Source: Planctomycetaceae bacterium (GTDB lineage Bacteria > Planctomycetota > Phycisphaerae > Phycisphaerales > SM1A02). Taken from it: a stretch of DNA of 64,000 bases. The notes under the pieces are model-generated. The model had not been told where the DNA came from, did not search any database, and saw nothing but the letters and a program-made list of their open reading frames with translations. Location of the stretch: NCBI GenBank assembly GCA_947474065.1, contig CANJHD010000007.1:2365-66364 (forward strand), in the 5' to 3' direction. The translations under genes were made by a program, and so were the position numbers. Within the stretch, counting starts at the first letter, position 1, and every line of letters starts with the position of its first letter. This document shows positions 10,071 to 19,413 of the stretch, piece by piece.

Positions 10071-10820
10071 TCAATGGCGCTGAGCGGCGTCGCTCATCCG
10101 GGCGGCCGATTCGGCAAGTGCCTCGGCAGGGGTACTGACGTGGGTAACACGGCCATCGTCAAGGTGGGCGATTCGATCCGCGAAGTGATAAATACGCTCG
10201 TCGTGAGTCACGACAATCACTACTCGCTCGGCAGCGGCGGTGAGTTCGCGGATCAGAGCCATGACTTTCTGACCAGTGGCGCCATCGAGCGCACTCGTCG
10301 GCTCGTCGCATACCAAGAGGCGCGGACCAGTGACGAGCGCGCGAGCAATCGCTACTCGCTGCTGCTGACCACCAGAAAGTTTGGTCGGTCGCGTGGATTC
10401 GCGGCCCTTCAGACCGACTTCTTCTAGAAGTTTTGCGGCGCGATCTAACGCGTCTCGCTTGGGGTGACGTCGAAGCAGGAGTGGCACGGCAACATTCTCA
10501 AGAATAGAGACCTGAGGAATGAGGTTGAACTGTTGGAAGATGAACCCAACATTCTCCCCGCGCCAAATCGTGCGTTCGTGATTGCTCAGGGCGGATGGAT
10601 CGGTGCCCAGCACAGATAGTGCTCCTTCATCGCGCTGCAACAAACCAGCAAGAATTGAAATGAGCGTGGTCTTGCCGCATCCTGATGGGCCAACCAAGGC
10701 CATCATTTCTCCAAATCGCACTTCAAGATTCACGCCCCGCAAAGCGCGCACCATGGAATCGCCCACACCAAAGGTCTTGAACACTTCGCTGCAAACGATG
10801 CTGTTTGTGGGCTCGCTCAT
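10071..10820 (-). CDS. ABC transporter ATP-binding protein (DevA/MacB-ATPase-like)
   Basis: Walker A GPSGCGKTT, signature LSGGQQQRVAIARAL, Walker B LLVCDEPTSALD and H-loop VTHD. There is a 4-nt ATGA overlap with the permease gene. Confidence 0.9.
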   Translation of the reverse strand: MSEPTNSIVCSEVFKTFGVGDSMVRALRGVNLEVRFGEMMALVGPSGCGKTTLISILAGLLQRDEGALSVLGTDPSALSNHERTIWRGENVGFIFQQFNLIPQVSILENVAVPLLLRRHPKRDALDRAAKLLEEVGLKGRESTRPTKLSGGQQQRVAIARALVTGPRLLVCDEPTSALDGATGQKVMALIRELTAAAERVVIVVTHDERIYHFADRIAHLDDGRVTHVSTPAEALAESAARMSDAAQRH

Positions 10821-11983
10821 CCTTGGAACACCTCGGACGGATCGAGCTTCACTACGCGGCGCATGCTGAGGAGACTAGAAGCAACCACAATGAAGATCAC
10901 CGCTGCAGCGGCGATCACCGGAATGTGCCACGTCATCTTGAAGGCTAATTTGTCACCCGGAATTGCCAGACCAACAATCGAGGTCACACCCAAGCCGATA
11001 CCAAGCCCCAAGACGCCTGCCACTGCACCTTGCAACGCAACAAGTTCGAGAAGCCGAGGCGTGGTGGCCCCCATCGCTTTCATAGCTCCGAAATACTTCA
11101 AATTGTCAAGAGTGAAGTTGTAAAACATCTGCCCGGCAATTGCCACGCCCACTAAGAAACCGAGCACAATTGCAATTCCGAAGTTGATTGGAATTCCCGT
11201 CTGCGTCATCCAATAAGTAATTGTGGTCCATGCGAAATCATGCGGGGTATAAACAGCGAGGCCGGTCTCCCGGGCAATACGGTCGCGCAGTTCAGTAATC
11301 GAAGCCCCATCCACTGCCTTCACCAGAATCATGCTGAGCGTGCGGCGATTGGCTGGCGCAAATCCAATAGCGCGCGAATAGGTGGTGTAGATCGTTGGGA
11401 CATTTTGAAATGTCGGCTTGGTTTCAGCAATGCCGCCAATCACCGCACGACGTTCGTTGAGTTCAAGTTCTTCGCCGATTTCAATCGGGCGCTTTGGACC
11501 GCTCGGATCCGCTGGATTGATGGGCTGAGCAAGGCGCGAGCGCGCGCCGCGCGTCTCAATGATGATGGTGTCCGGCTTGCGCAGAACACTGACATCGCCT
11601 TTCACCATGCGCGCTGGAACGCCAATCAGGCTTGCATCATCGACGCCGACCACATCACAAATTTGCCGGGTACCACTCGGAAGTTTGGCAACTAGCAGGC
11701 CCTTAAACAGCGGAACGGCCCAACCAACGCCGTCCACACTTCGCACCCGTTGCAAGGCTGTCACCTGCATCGGCTTGGTGTCATCCACAAATTGCATGGT
11801 GGGATCGGTAACCCACAGATCAGCTTGCGGCGTTTCCTCAATGAGCGCGTAGGTGCGGCTCATCAGGCCGACAAAGATGCTGGCCTGCTGTGCGATCAAG
11901 AGCGTGGCAAAGGAAAGCCCCAACAAAATTCCGTAGAACTTTGCGGTGTCACCAAAGAGCATCTTGATCGCAATTGTTCGCAT
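10817..11983 (-). CDS. ABC transporter permease, FtsX/DevC-like
   Basis: N-terminal TM helix, a large periplasmic domain, then three C-terminal TM helices with KAMGA...L motif typical of the FtsX/MacB-type permease fold. Confidence 0.85.
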   Translation of the reverse strand: MRTIAIKMLFGDTAKFYGILLGLSFATLLIAQQASIFVGLMSRTYALIEETPQADLWVTDPTMQFVDDTKPMQVTALQRVRSVDGVGWAVPLFKGLLVAKLPSGTRQICDVVGVDDASLIGVPARMVKGDVSVLRKPDTIIIETRGARSRLAQPINPADPSGPKRPIEIGEELELNERRAVIGGIAETKPTFQNVPTIYTTYSRAIGFAPANRRTLSMILVKAVDGASITELRDRIARETGLAVYTPHDFAWTTITYWMTQTGIPINFGIAIVLGFLVGVAIAGQMFYNFTLDNLKYFGAMKAMGATTPRLLELVALQGAVAGVLGLGIGLGVTSIVGLAIPGDKLAFKMTWHIPVIAAAAVIFIVVASSLLSMRRVVKLDPSEVFQG

Positions 11984-11995
11984 GAAAAGATCTGC

Positions 11996-14014
11996 TTAGA
12001 GCTTCAGCTGGAAGCCAAATTCAACAGTGCGATCGGAAGGAAGATTGAACGCACTGGTCACATCAGCGGCATTGGAATGCAGGAAGATAAAGACGCCCTT
12101 GCGCCAACTGGCCATACGCGCCGGACCGCCAGGAACCAATTGCATCTTGCGCGCAAAGTACGTGGTTTCTTCCGTGTCGAAGGGCAAACCGCGCTCGCGC
12201 GCAAGGCGCAGAATCGCCGGAGCATCCGGCTGTTCCATGAATCCAACCTGCGCGGAGACACTCCAAAATCCGTCTGGCATCCAACGAACTACCACGCGCT
12301 CACGATCGGCTACATACGGTTGTTCACTCGGGGCGATGGAGAGAAGGATCACTTGCTCGTGCAGAACATGCGCGTGCTTGACGAAATTCACAAGTGCAAA
12401 CGGCGCCTGCGTAGATGGCGTCATGAATACTGCAGTGCCCGGCACGCGTGGCACCACATCCGACCAAAGCCGCGCCAGGAATTCGTGAATTGTCTCGCCT
12501 TGTGCTGCAATCTGCCGCCCGATCGCCAATGTCCCTTGATTCCAAGTGACCATCACAATCGAACCCGCGGCAGCGATGGCCAGCGCATACCAACCGCCGT
12601 GGAACACTTTGAGCAGGTTGGAGGAGAGGAATGCCATATCGATCGCGAGGAAGGAACCGACCACGAGCCATACCACTGGCGGTTTCCACTTCCATGTCTT
12701 GATTGCCACTTCGGCAAACAGAAGCGATGTGATTCCCATGACTGCTGTTACCGCAATGCCGTACGCATCGGCGAGCGCAGTGGAGGATCGGAACAAGAAG
12801 ACCGTGGTCAGGCAGCCGATCATCATGGTCCAATTGAGGAACGGAATGTAGATCTGACCTTCAGTGAAACTGGACGTATGGACCACCGCAAGGCGTGGCA
12901 AGTAGTTCAGTCGAATCGCTTGGCGTGCCATTGAGAAGACGCCGGAGATCATGGCTTGGCTAGCAACAATGGTTGCGAATGTGGCGAGAACAACCATCGG
13001 AATAACCCAGCCCGCTGGGACGAGTCCGTAGAAAGGCTTGTAGGAGCTCAGTGCTGAAGGATCGGGCGGATTCGCAATCGCCCATGCGCCTTGCCCGAAG
13101 TAATTCAGAATCAAGCACGGCCACACAATCGAGAACCAACCGATTCGAATTGGACCGATTCCGAAGTGTCCAATGTCGGCATACAAAGCCTCCGCGCCCG
13201 TGACGACAAGGACGATTGAGCCAAGCAGGAGGAATGTTCCAGAAGGATTCGCTGCGATTAACTGAATTGCGTAGTGCGGGCTCACTGCCGCAAGCACGCT
13301 TGGGTCAGAGATGATCGCGCGTAGTCCAAGAATTCCCAACACACTAAACCACAGAAGCATGACTGGACCGAAGATCCGACCGATATGACCAGTTCCAAAG
13401 CGTTGCACCGCGAAGAACAACACAAGTACCACTGTGGTTAATGGCGCCACCCATCCTTGCAAGCTTTCATCAAAGATGGAGAGACCTTCCATCGCAGAAA
13501 GCACTGATATGGATGGCGTGATGACTCCATCGCCAAACAGCAATGCGCTGCCCATAATGGCCATCGCACCGAAGAAAGCAAGGCGGTAATCCGCGCGACG
13601 CTGAAGTCCGCGCGGCAGGAGCGAGAGCAACGCAAACAATCCACCCTCGCCGCGATTGGTTGCGCGCATGATCAGCAACTGATACTTGGCAACGACCACA
13701 AGGAAGAGCGCCCAGAAAATCAAACTCAGAACGCCCATGACAAACGCGCGGTCAGCACTCCCGTGGTGGGCGATGGTTTCCTGAAATGCATACAAAGGGC
13801 TAGTGCCAATGTCTCCGAACACCACTCCAACCGCACCAATCGCCAACGCAATGGCGCCGCCATGGCTCTTGCTTGGGCGACCGCTGGACAAGTGTGAATC
13901 AGGCGCAAGGGACTGCGTCGACGCATCGGCTTGGGTGCCATTCACCACCGTCGGCACGATGGGTGCTGTCGGGGCGTCAAGTCCTGGGCGTGCGTTGGAT
14001 GCGTCGTCTGGCAC
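11996..14014 (-). CDS. kup: KUP/HAK/KT family potassium transporter
   Basis: GVVFGDIGTSPLY signature, about 12 TM helices and a cytoplasmic C-terminal domain, 672 aa. Confidence 0.9.
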   Translation of the reverse strand: MPDDASNARPGLDAPTAPIVPTVVNGTQADASTQSLAPDSHLSSGRPSKSHGGAIALAIGAVGVVFGDIGTSPLYAFQETIAHHGSADRAFVMGVLSLIFWALFLVVVAKYQLLIMRATNRGEGGLFALLSLLPRGLQRRADYRLAFFGAMAIMGSALLFGDGVITPSISVLSAMEGLSIFDESLQGWVAPLTTVVLVLFFAVQRFGTGHIGRIFGPVMLLWFSVLGILGLRAIISDPSVLAAVSPHYAIQLIAANPSGTFLLLGSIVLVVTGAEALYADIGHFGIGPIRIGWFSIVWPCLILNYFGQGAWAIANPPDPSALSSYKPFYGLVPAGWVIPMVVLATFATIVASQAMISGVFSMARQAIRLNYLPRLAVVHTSSFTEGQIYIPFLNWTMMIGCLTTVFLFRSSTALADAYGIAVTAVMGITSLLFAEVAIKTWKWKPPVVWLVVGSFLAIDMAFLSSNLLKVFHGGWYALAIAAAGSIVMVTWNQGTLAIGRQIAAQGETIHEFLARLWSDVVPRVPGTAVFMTPSTQAPFALVNFVKHAHVLHEQVILLSIAPSEQPYVADRERVVVRWMPDGFWSVSAQVGFMEQPDAPAILRLARERGLPFDTEETTYFARKMQLVPGGPARMASWRKGVFIFLHSNAADVTSAFNLPSDRTVEFGFQLKL

Positions 14015-14082
14015 TGGCGGTGCCTCCGGGAGGGAGGCGGGGCGACATTGTACTTCGGCTGTCGCTGCCGAAATTCAAGGCA

Positions 14083-15579
14083 TTAGTGCGTATTTGCTGA
14101 TTTCACAGTGAATGGTGTCTTTACCTTGGCGGTGACGCCCGTTGCGACATCGGTTGCTTCGATTGCTAAGCGATACTGGCCTGCAAGCATCGGCGTTGGC
14201 AGGCGAACCATGCGCGTAATAAAGAGTTCGTCAGTCGGCACTGCTGCGGAATGAGTTGCATCGAGTGGACCTTCGCTCCATATGGAAGACCCCGCGAGGT
14301 TCTCAATGCGAAGCGAATACTGAGCATGTGCAGCAACGCGCCCGCCGATACCGGGAACGAACGGCCAATTGACCAACTCAACATAGACGAGGAACCGATC
14401 GCCGGCATGCAATGCGCCGGCATCAAGAGGTTCGATATCGCCAAAGGCGCGAACCTTCGAAGCAATGACTGGATTCGCAAGCTTGAGAAGCGCTGGGGCC
14501 GGAATAGGTGTTGGCGCGGGAGTTGGAACTGGCTCTGCAACTGGCGCCGTTGTTGGCTCTGGTGCGGGCGCTGGCGCAGGTTCTGCAACTGGCGCCGGCG
14601 TTGGCTCTGGTGCGGGCACAGGCGCAGGTTCTGCAACTGGCGCCGGTGTTGGCTCTGGTGCGGGCACAGGCGCAGGTTCTGTAACTGGCGCCGGTGCTGG
14701 CTCTGGTGCGGGCGCAGGCGCAGGTTCTGCAACTGGCGCCGGCGTTGGCTCTGGTGCGGGCACAGGCGCAGGTTCTGCAACTGGCGCCGGTGTTGGCTCT
14801 GGTGCGGGCGCAGGCGCAGGCTCTGCAACTGGCGCCGGCGTTGGCTCTGGTGCGGGCGCAGGTTCTGTAACTGGCGCCGGTGCTGGCTCTGGTGCGGGCG
14901 CAGGCATTGGCTCGGCTGCTGGCACAAGCGCCGGTTCTGGCTCCGGCCCGCGCGCGGGTGTCGGAGCGGGTCGCTCGCGAACTCCGGCTCGATCGGTGAC
15001 GGGAATGATCACCGTTCCAGTGAGCATTGCCGGCGCTACCGGGGCGGGTCCCTTCGAAGTCACCCGCTTTGGCATCGTTGGTTCTGGCGGAAGTTCGACC
15101 GGTGCCGCTGGCATCGCTTCTGTAATCCGCGACTCAGCAACCTCTGGCTCCGTCGTCACCGCTGTCGCTGCAACCGTCGCAACTGGCTCCGTTGTCGCAA
15201 CTGCCGCTGCCGGCTCCGGCAACAGCGGGGGCGGAGCAGTGTCGATAGCACGCATCGTGTCCGTCGGCATCGCCTCTGCCGAATTCGCTTCCGGCACTGC
15301 GGCAACCTGCGCCGGACTCGCTGTTGGCAATGTCATCTCAAACATCGGCATCGCGGACGGACGAACGCTCGAACTCGTCGTATGAACCGCAACGTGTGAA
15401 TCAATTTGCCGCCGCACATCTGCCTGCGGCAATGGGTCGACGGTGTCACGAATCACCACAGAGGACGCGCGTACTGGAGTGATCGGCGGGGGCGTACTGC
15501 GCTGCCCCGACGAACACGCCGTCACTGCGGCAAGAACCGGAAGCGTGGCGCAATGGAACAGCGTGCTTGTGTATTTCAT
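14083..15579 (-). CDS. lipoprotein with a long Pro/Ala-rich tandem-repeat linker and a C-terminal beta-sandwich-like domain
   Basis: Signal peptide plus lipobox (LAAVTAC). There are about 8 copies of a 16-aa PEPTPAPVAEPAPAPA unit. The C-terminal roughly 150 aa are beta-rich. There is a 4-nt overlap with the holA stop. Confidence 0.7.
   Translation of the reverse strand: MKYTSTLFHCATLPVLAAVTACSSGQRSTPPPITPVRASSVVIRDTVDPLPQADVRRQIDSHVAVHTTSSSVRPSAMPMFEMTLPTASPAQVAAVPEANSAEAMPTDTMRAIDTAPPPLLPEPAAAVATTEPVATVAATAVTTEPEVAESRITEAMPAAPVELPPEPTMPKRVTSKGPAPVAPAMLTGTVIIPVTDRAGVRERPAPTPARGPEPEPALVPAAEPMPAPAPEPAPAPVTEPAPAPEPTPAPVAEPAPAPAPEPTPAPVAEPAPVPAPEPTPAPVAEPAPAPAPEPAPAPVTEPAPVPAPEPTPAPVAEPAPVPAPEPTPAPVAEPAPAPAPEPTTAPVAEPVPTPAPTPIPAPALLKLANPVIASKVRAFGDIEPLDAGALHAGDRFLVYVELVNWPFVPGIGGRVAAHAQYSLRIENLAGSSIWSEGPLDATHSAAVPTDELFITRMVRLPTPMLAGQYRLAIEATDVATGVTAKVKTPFTVKSANTH
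14525..14910 (-). repeat. in-frame 48-nt tandem repeat (about 8 units) encoding the PEPTPAPVAEPAPAPA linker
   Basis: The marker ctg(c/t)aactggcgcc recurs at 14535, 14583, 14631, 14679, 14727, 14775 and 14823 (48-nt spacing), then at 14865 (42-nt spacing). Confidence 0.9.
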
Positions 15580-16562
15580 CGAATGCGTTCTCCGATGGTA
15601 ACCAATAGAGCCTCATAGGTTCGGGTGCTATCCGAACTGAGCCCCGACTTCGTCCGCATATCGGTGCGCACGCACTCAGACAGCAGCGCGGCAGCGGCGT
15701 CAGTGCCAAGCGCTCGCGCGGCGCGACACACCAACGCCTGCGCATCTCCCCAAAGTTTCAGCTGTTTAGCAACTGCAAATTCGTTCTGCCCCTCGTCCAG
15801 AAGCCGCGCCGCATCGTGCGCCTTACGAAGGAGATCGATGATGGTCCAGCCAATCATCACATCTGGAACGCCAGAAATACGCACTAGTTCGTTCAGCTTC
15901 ACAAGCGCGGCGCGCGGCCCTTCCCGAATCAGGACCGATTGCAACCCAAATGATTGCTCCTCCCGCGAGAGACCAACAAATTCGGCAACCAGCGCACGTG
16001 AGATTGGTTTGCCCTCACCAGCCGCGGCCGCCAATTTGGCGAGTTCCGTATCGATACGCGCGAGGTCCGGCCCAATCTTTTCAACCAGTAATTCCGCAGA
16101 GCCAGCCGCCAACTGTGCGCCGTGAGGCTTCTCCGCTCGCGCACCGCACCAGCGGATTGCTTCTTGATCGGTCGGAGGTTCGCACTTGATCACCGCACCT
16201 CCTCCCGCCTCAACAAGCTTGTCGAATTTCCCGGGATTCCACCGCGCACCCGCACGCATAAGGAGCGTGCTCTCTTGCTGCGGATTCTCCGCGTAGCGCT
16301 CCATGGCACGGCGGCGATCTTCGGCACCGATGAATGACTCAGCATTGTCAATCACAATAAGCTTGTGCTGCGAGAGCAATCCATAGGAGCGCAGTTCGTC
16401 CATCACCTGCGCTAAGGTTGCTGATGCGCCATCAAACTCAAATCGATCGACGGACCCGAATTTCTCTGTCAGCGCTGCATGGAGTTGCCGCGAGCGCTCG
16501 ACACGGGTGAAGGAATCCTTACCCGTAAGCACCACGATCCGCATCGACGCGTCGGGGGACAT
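15576..16562 (-). CDS. holA: DNA polymerase III delta subunit
   Basis: Length and pattern typical of HolA (VVLTGKDSF, LIVIDNAE, ELL.EK.G.DL..ID.EL.KL). The ORF is open to 16688. Met at 16562 or 16544 is the likelier start. Confidence 0.8.
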   Translation of the reverse strand: MSPDASMRIVVLTGKDSFTRVERSRQLHAALTEKFGSVDRFEFDGASATLAQVMDELRSYGLLSQHKLIVIDNAESFIGAEDRRRAMERYAENPQQESTLLMRAGARWNPGKFDKLVEAGGGAVIKCEPPTDQEAIRWCGARAEKPHGAQLAAGSAELLVEKIGPDLARIDTELAKLAAAAGEGKPISRALVAEFVGLSREEQSFGLQSVLIREGPRAALVKLNELVRISGVPDVMIGWTIIDLLRKAHDAARLLDEGQNEFAVAKQLKLWGDAQALVCRAARALGTDAAAALLSECVRTDMRTKSGLSSDSTRTYEALLVTIGERIR

Positions 16563-16646
16563 GCGGGTTGCCTTCGATCCAGAAGCTGCTGAAGCACGTG
16601 CCATCGGGACGCGGATTGTAAGACGCCCGCGGGGTACGCTCCGACC

Positions 16647-18008
16647 GTGCCGGAAACGAACTTTGACGGAATCGTCGGCCCCACCCACAACTATGCCGGG
16701 CTATCACCCGGAAATGTGGCAAGCACCTCGAATCAAGGTGCCATTGCCCGACCACGCGACGCGGCGCTGCAAGGCCTTGCCAAAGCCGCCGCACTCGCGC
16801 GCCTCGGGCTTGTGCAAGGATGGATCCCACCACAAGAGCGACCGCACATTCCAACGTTGAACGCTCTCGGGTTCACTGGTTCGGAAGAAGTCGTCATCGC
16901 ATCAGCCGCACGCGAAGCGCCGCATCTCTTGGCACGCGCATCAAGTGCCAGTGCAATGTGGACCGCCAACGCTGCCACAGTGACGCCTTCGAAAGATTCT
17001 GGTGATGGTCGTGTCCACATGACTGTCGCCAATTTGCGAACTATGCCGCATCGCTCCATCGAAGCGCCGCAGACTGCTCGCACGCTGCGTGCAATCTTCC
17101 ATAGTGAGAGGCACTTTGCAATTCATGATGCGCTTGCGAACCTCAACGCGTCTGGAGCACCATCACCGTGGGGCGATGAAGGCGCAGCCAATCACACGCG
17201 ATTCACGGCGAGTAGCAACAACGGTGGCGAAGTTTCCGGCGTTCATCTCTTTGTGTTCGGCGCGCAAGCAAGCGGTGCCGGTCGGCGTCCTTCGCGCTAT
17301 CCCGCGCGACAGACGCTTGAAGCTGGTCAGGCAATCGCGGCGCTGCACGGAATTCCCAACGAGCGATGTATCCACGCCCAACAACATCCGGCGGCTATTG
17401 ACCACGGCGTATTCCATAACGATGTGATCTCTGTTGGAAATGGGTCTTTCTATCTCGTACATGAACTTGCACTACTTGATCAAGACCGAGTCCTTGATGA
17501 TCTTGCCGCAATGGTTGGCCCAAATTTCCAAGCGCTCGTTGTGCCGGAATCTGAAGTGAGTGTTGCGGATGCGGTGCGCACTTATCTATTCAACTCGCAA
17601 TTGATCACTTTGCCCGATGGCGTGATGGCACTCATCCTTCCTGTGGAGAGTGAGGGTCATCCGGGCATTGCGCGGCTTGTGCAGCAAATGGTCAGTAGCG
17701 ACGCATGCCCAGTGAAGTCTGTGATTTATCTGAATGTCCGTGAAAGCATGCGCAACGGCGGTGGGCCAGCGTGCTTGCGGCTACGGGTTCCACTGACGCC
17801 GGAAGAGGTATCAGCGGTCGCTCCAGGATGCCTGTGGACGCCAGCAGGTCACGTAGCCCTTGAGTCATGGGTGCGGCGCCATTATCGCGAGGAACTGTCC
17901 CCAAAGGACCTTGCCGACCCGCAACTCCTCCGTGAGTCCCGTTCTGCGCTCGACGAGTTGACTGACCTACTTGGCGTTGGCTCAATCTACGACTTCCAAC
18001 ACGCGTAA
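16647..18008 (+). CDS. astB: N-succinylarginine dihydrolase
   Basis: N-terminal NFDGIVGPTHNYAGLS.GN, internal FHNDVI and C-terminal MRNGGGPACLRLRV (catalytic Cys region) all match AstB. Confidence 0.9.
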   Translation: MPETNFDGIVGPTHNYAGLSPGNVASTSNQGAIARPRDAALQGLAKAAALARLGLVQGWIPPQERPHIPTLNALGFTGSEEVVIASAAREAPHLLARASSASAMWTANAATVTPSKDSGDGRVHMTVANLRTMPHRSIEAPQTARTLRAIFHSERHFAIHDALANLNASGAPSPWGDEGAANHTRFTASSNNGGEVSGVHLFVFGAQASGAGRRPSRYPARQTLEAGQAIAALHGIPNERCIHAQQHPAAIDHGVFHNDVISVGNGSFYLVHELALLDQDRVLDDLAAMVGPNFQALVVPESEVSVADAVRTYLFNSQLITLPDGVMALILPVESEGHPGIARLVQQMVSSDACPVKSVIYLNVRESMRNGGGPACLRLRVPLTPEEVSAVAPGCLWTPAGHVALESWVRRHYREELSPKDLADPQLLRESRSALDELTDLLGVGSIYDFQHA

Positions 18009-18032
18009 GAGACGCCCGGCGCGCGCGTACCG

Positions 18033-19409
18033 TTGCGAAGTACGATCAACGGCGTGGATCGAACAAAGCGCATCGTCCTCATCTTGGCCGCCGTGATTGC
18101 TGTGGGCATTGCGGTCAGCGTGATCATCCGGCAGCGCACCCCGGCAGCGCCAGTTCCTGTTGCGCCCACGCCTGCGCCTGTGCCTCCACCCGCGCCCGCG
18201 CCTCCACCGAAACTTGTTGAAGCGGGCTCGGAAGATGTACATGGTCCGCCCACTGCGCTTCGCGACTGGATTGCGCCAGAAGAAATCGCCGCAAAGGAAG
18301 CAGCTCGCCTCGCGGAAGAATTGCGAACGAAATCGCGCGACGCATTTGCGCGCGGCATTGCGGCGCAGAAATCTGGCGATCAAGTAGCAGCCATTGCCGC
18401 ATACCGCGAGGCACTCACCATTGATGCTGGAATGGCCGGCGCATGGACCAACCTTGCACTGGCACTTGATGCCACTGGGAACACCAAAGACGCACTCGAG
18501 GCCGCGCGCAAGGCGGTTGCGCTACCTGCCATGAAGGACGCCAAGCGCCGCGCCCACGCAATGCACACTGTTGGCCACCTTGCACTCAAGACTGGCGCGC
18601 GCGACGAAGCGGTTGCAGCGTTTGAAGAAGCACTGCACGCGGATGCACGGCAAGCTGCGGCGGCGCTCGCCCTTGCCAACATTTGGAACAACGAAGGAAA
18701 GCCTGAAAGGGCGCTCGCAGCACTCATGGTTGCCAAAGAAGCAGGCGCAGAAAGCGCTGCGATCTACACCGCGCTCGCCATTCACTGGTGGAATGCTGGT
18801 GACATTGGAAAGGCCACAAGCAGCTCAGAAGATGCGATCCGCATCGATGCCAATGAAGTTGAGGCGAAAGCAGTTCTTGGCTGGTGCTGCCTAGCACAGA
18901 AACATTGGGGGGATGCCGCGCAACGACTGGACGAAGTTGCTCGCGCGCGACCGGACGACCCTGACGTACATGCCGCACTCGGATACGCCTACGACAAACT
19001 CGGACGGCACCAAGACGCTGTTACCGCCTTTGATCGCGCCATTGCCATTGCGCCGGCGCATCCATCCGCGCATGCGCAACGCGGCGCGGCACTCGAAGCA
19101 ACTGGCGATGTTGAACGCGCGCGCCTTGCCTACGAAATTGCTGCAAAGAGCGGCTCACCAGAAAGTGTGGCTGCGTCGCAGATGAAACTTGCGGTAGTGG
19201 CATACAAAGACAAGCGTTGGGCTGACGCACGAACACTGGCCGAGGCGGCCATCGCTGCTGACCCCAAGTCTGTTCAAGCGCGCTACGTACTTGGTTTAGC
19301 GTGCTTCGCGCTTGGCGACCGCAAGTGCACGGGCGAGCAGGAATATCAACTGACCCTGCTCGATGCGGAACGCGCGGCAGATCTACGCAAGCTCATATCC
19401 GAGGAATGA
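18033..19409 (+). CDS. membrane-anchored TPR-repeat protein
   Basis: One N-terminal TM helix, a Pro/Ala linker, then about 8 TPR units (A...Y..AL..DP....A..NLA type). The start is TTG and is uncertain. Confidence 0.75.
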   Translation: MRSTINGVDRTKRIVLILAAVIAVGIAVSVIIRQRTPAAPVPVAPTPAPVPPPAPAPPPKLVEAGSEDVHGPPTALRDWIAPEEIAAKEAARLAEELRTKSRDAFARGIAAQKSGDQVAAIAAYREALTIDAGMAGAWTNLALALDATGNTKDALEAARKAVALPAMKDAKRRAHAMHTVGHLALKTGARDEAVAAFEEALHADARQAAAALALANIWNNEGKPERALAALMVAKEAGAESAAIYTALAIHWWNAGDIGKATSSSEDAIRIDANEVEAKAVLGWCCLAQKHWGDAAQRLDEVARARPDDPDVHAALGYAYDKLGRHQDAVTAFDRAIAIAPAHPSAHAQRGAALEATGDVERARLAYEIAAKSGSPESVAASQMKLAVVAYKDKRWADARTLAEAAIAADPKSVQARYVLGLACFALGDRKCTGEQEYQLTLLDAERAADLRKLISEE

Positions 19410-19413
19410 CTCG

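Noticed and set aside
11750-12934. Long antisense or alternative-frame ORFs lie inside well-supported genes. Examples are 11750-12934 (+), 38293-38964 (-), 42262-43164 (+), 43691-44224 (+), 45764-46387 (-), 47985-48668 (-), 51706-52467 (-), 56756-57412 (+) and 59729-60601 (-).
   Set aside because: Their compositions are Arg/Cys/His-rich or low-complexity with no motifs. Each is fully overlapped by a gene with strong family signatures. Spurious long ORFs of this kind are typical of GC-rich DNA.
14525-14910. The 48-nt tandem repeat could be a CRISPR array.
   Set aside because: The units are directly adjacent with no spacers, are in frame, and encode a Pro/Ala linker within a lipoprotein gene.
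14465-15385. A 306-aa plus-strand ORF (Gly/Ala/Ser-rich), and another at 14251-15399, lie opposite the Pro/Ala-repeat lipoprotein gene.
   Set aside because: They are mirror images of a low-complexity repeat. They have no start context or domain, whereas the minus-strand gene has a signal peptide, a lipobox and a folded C-terminal domain.
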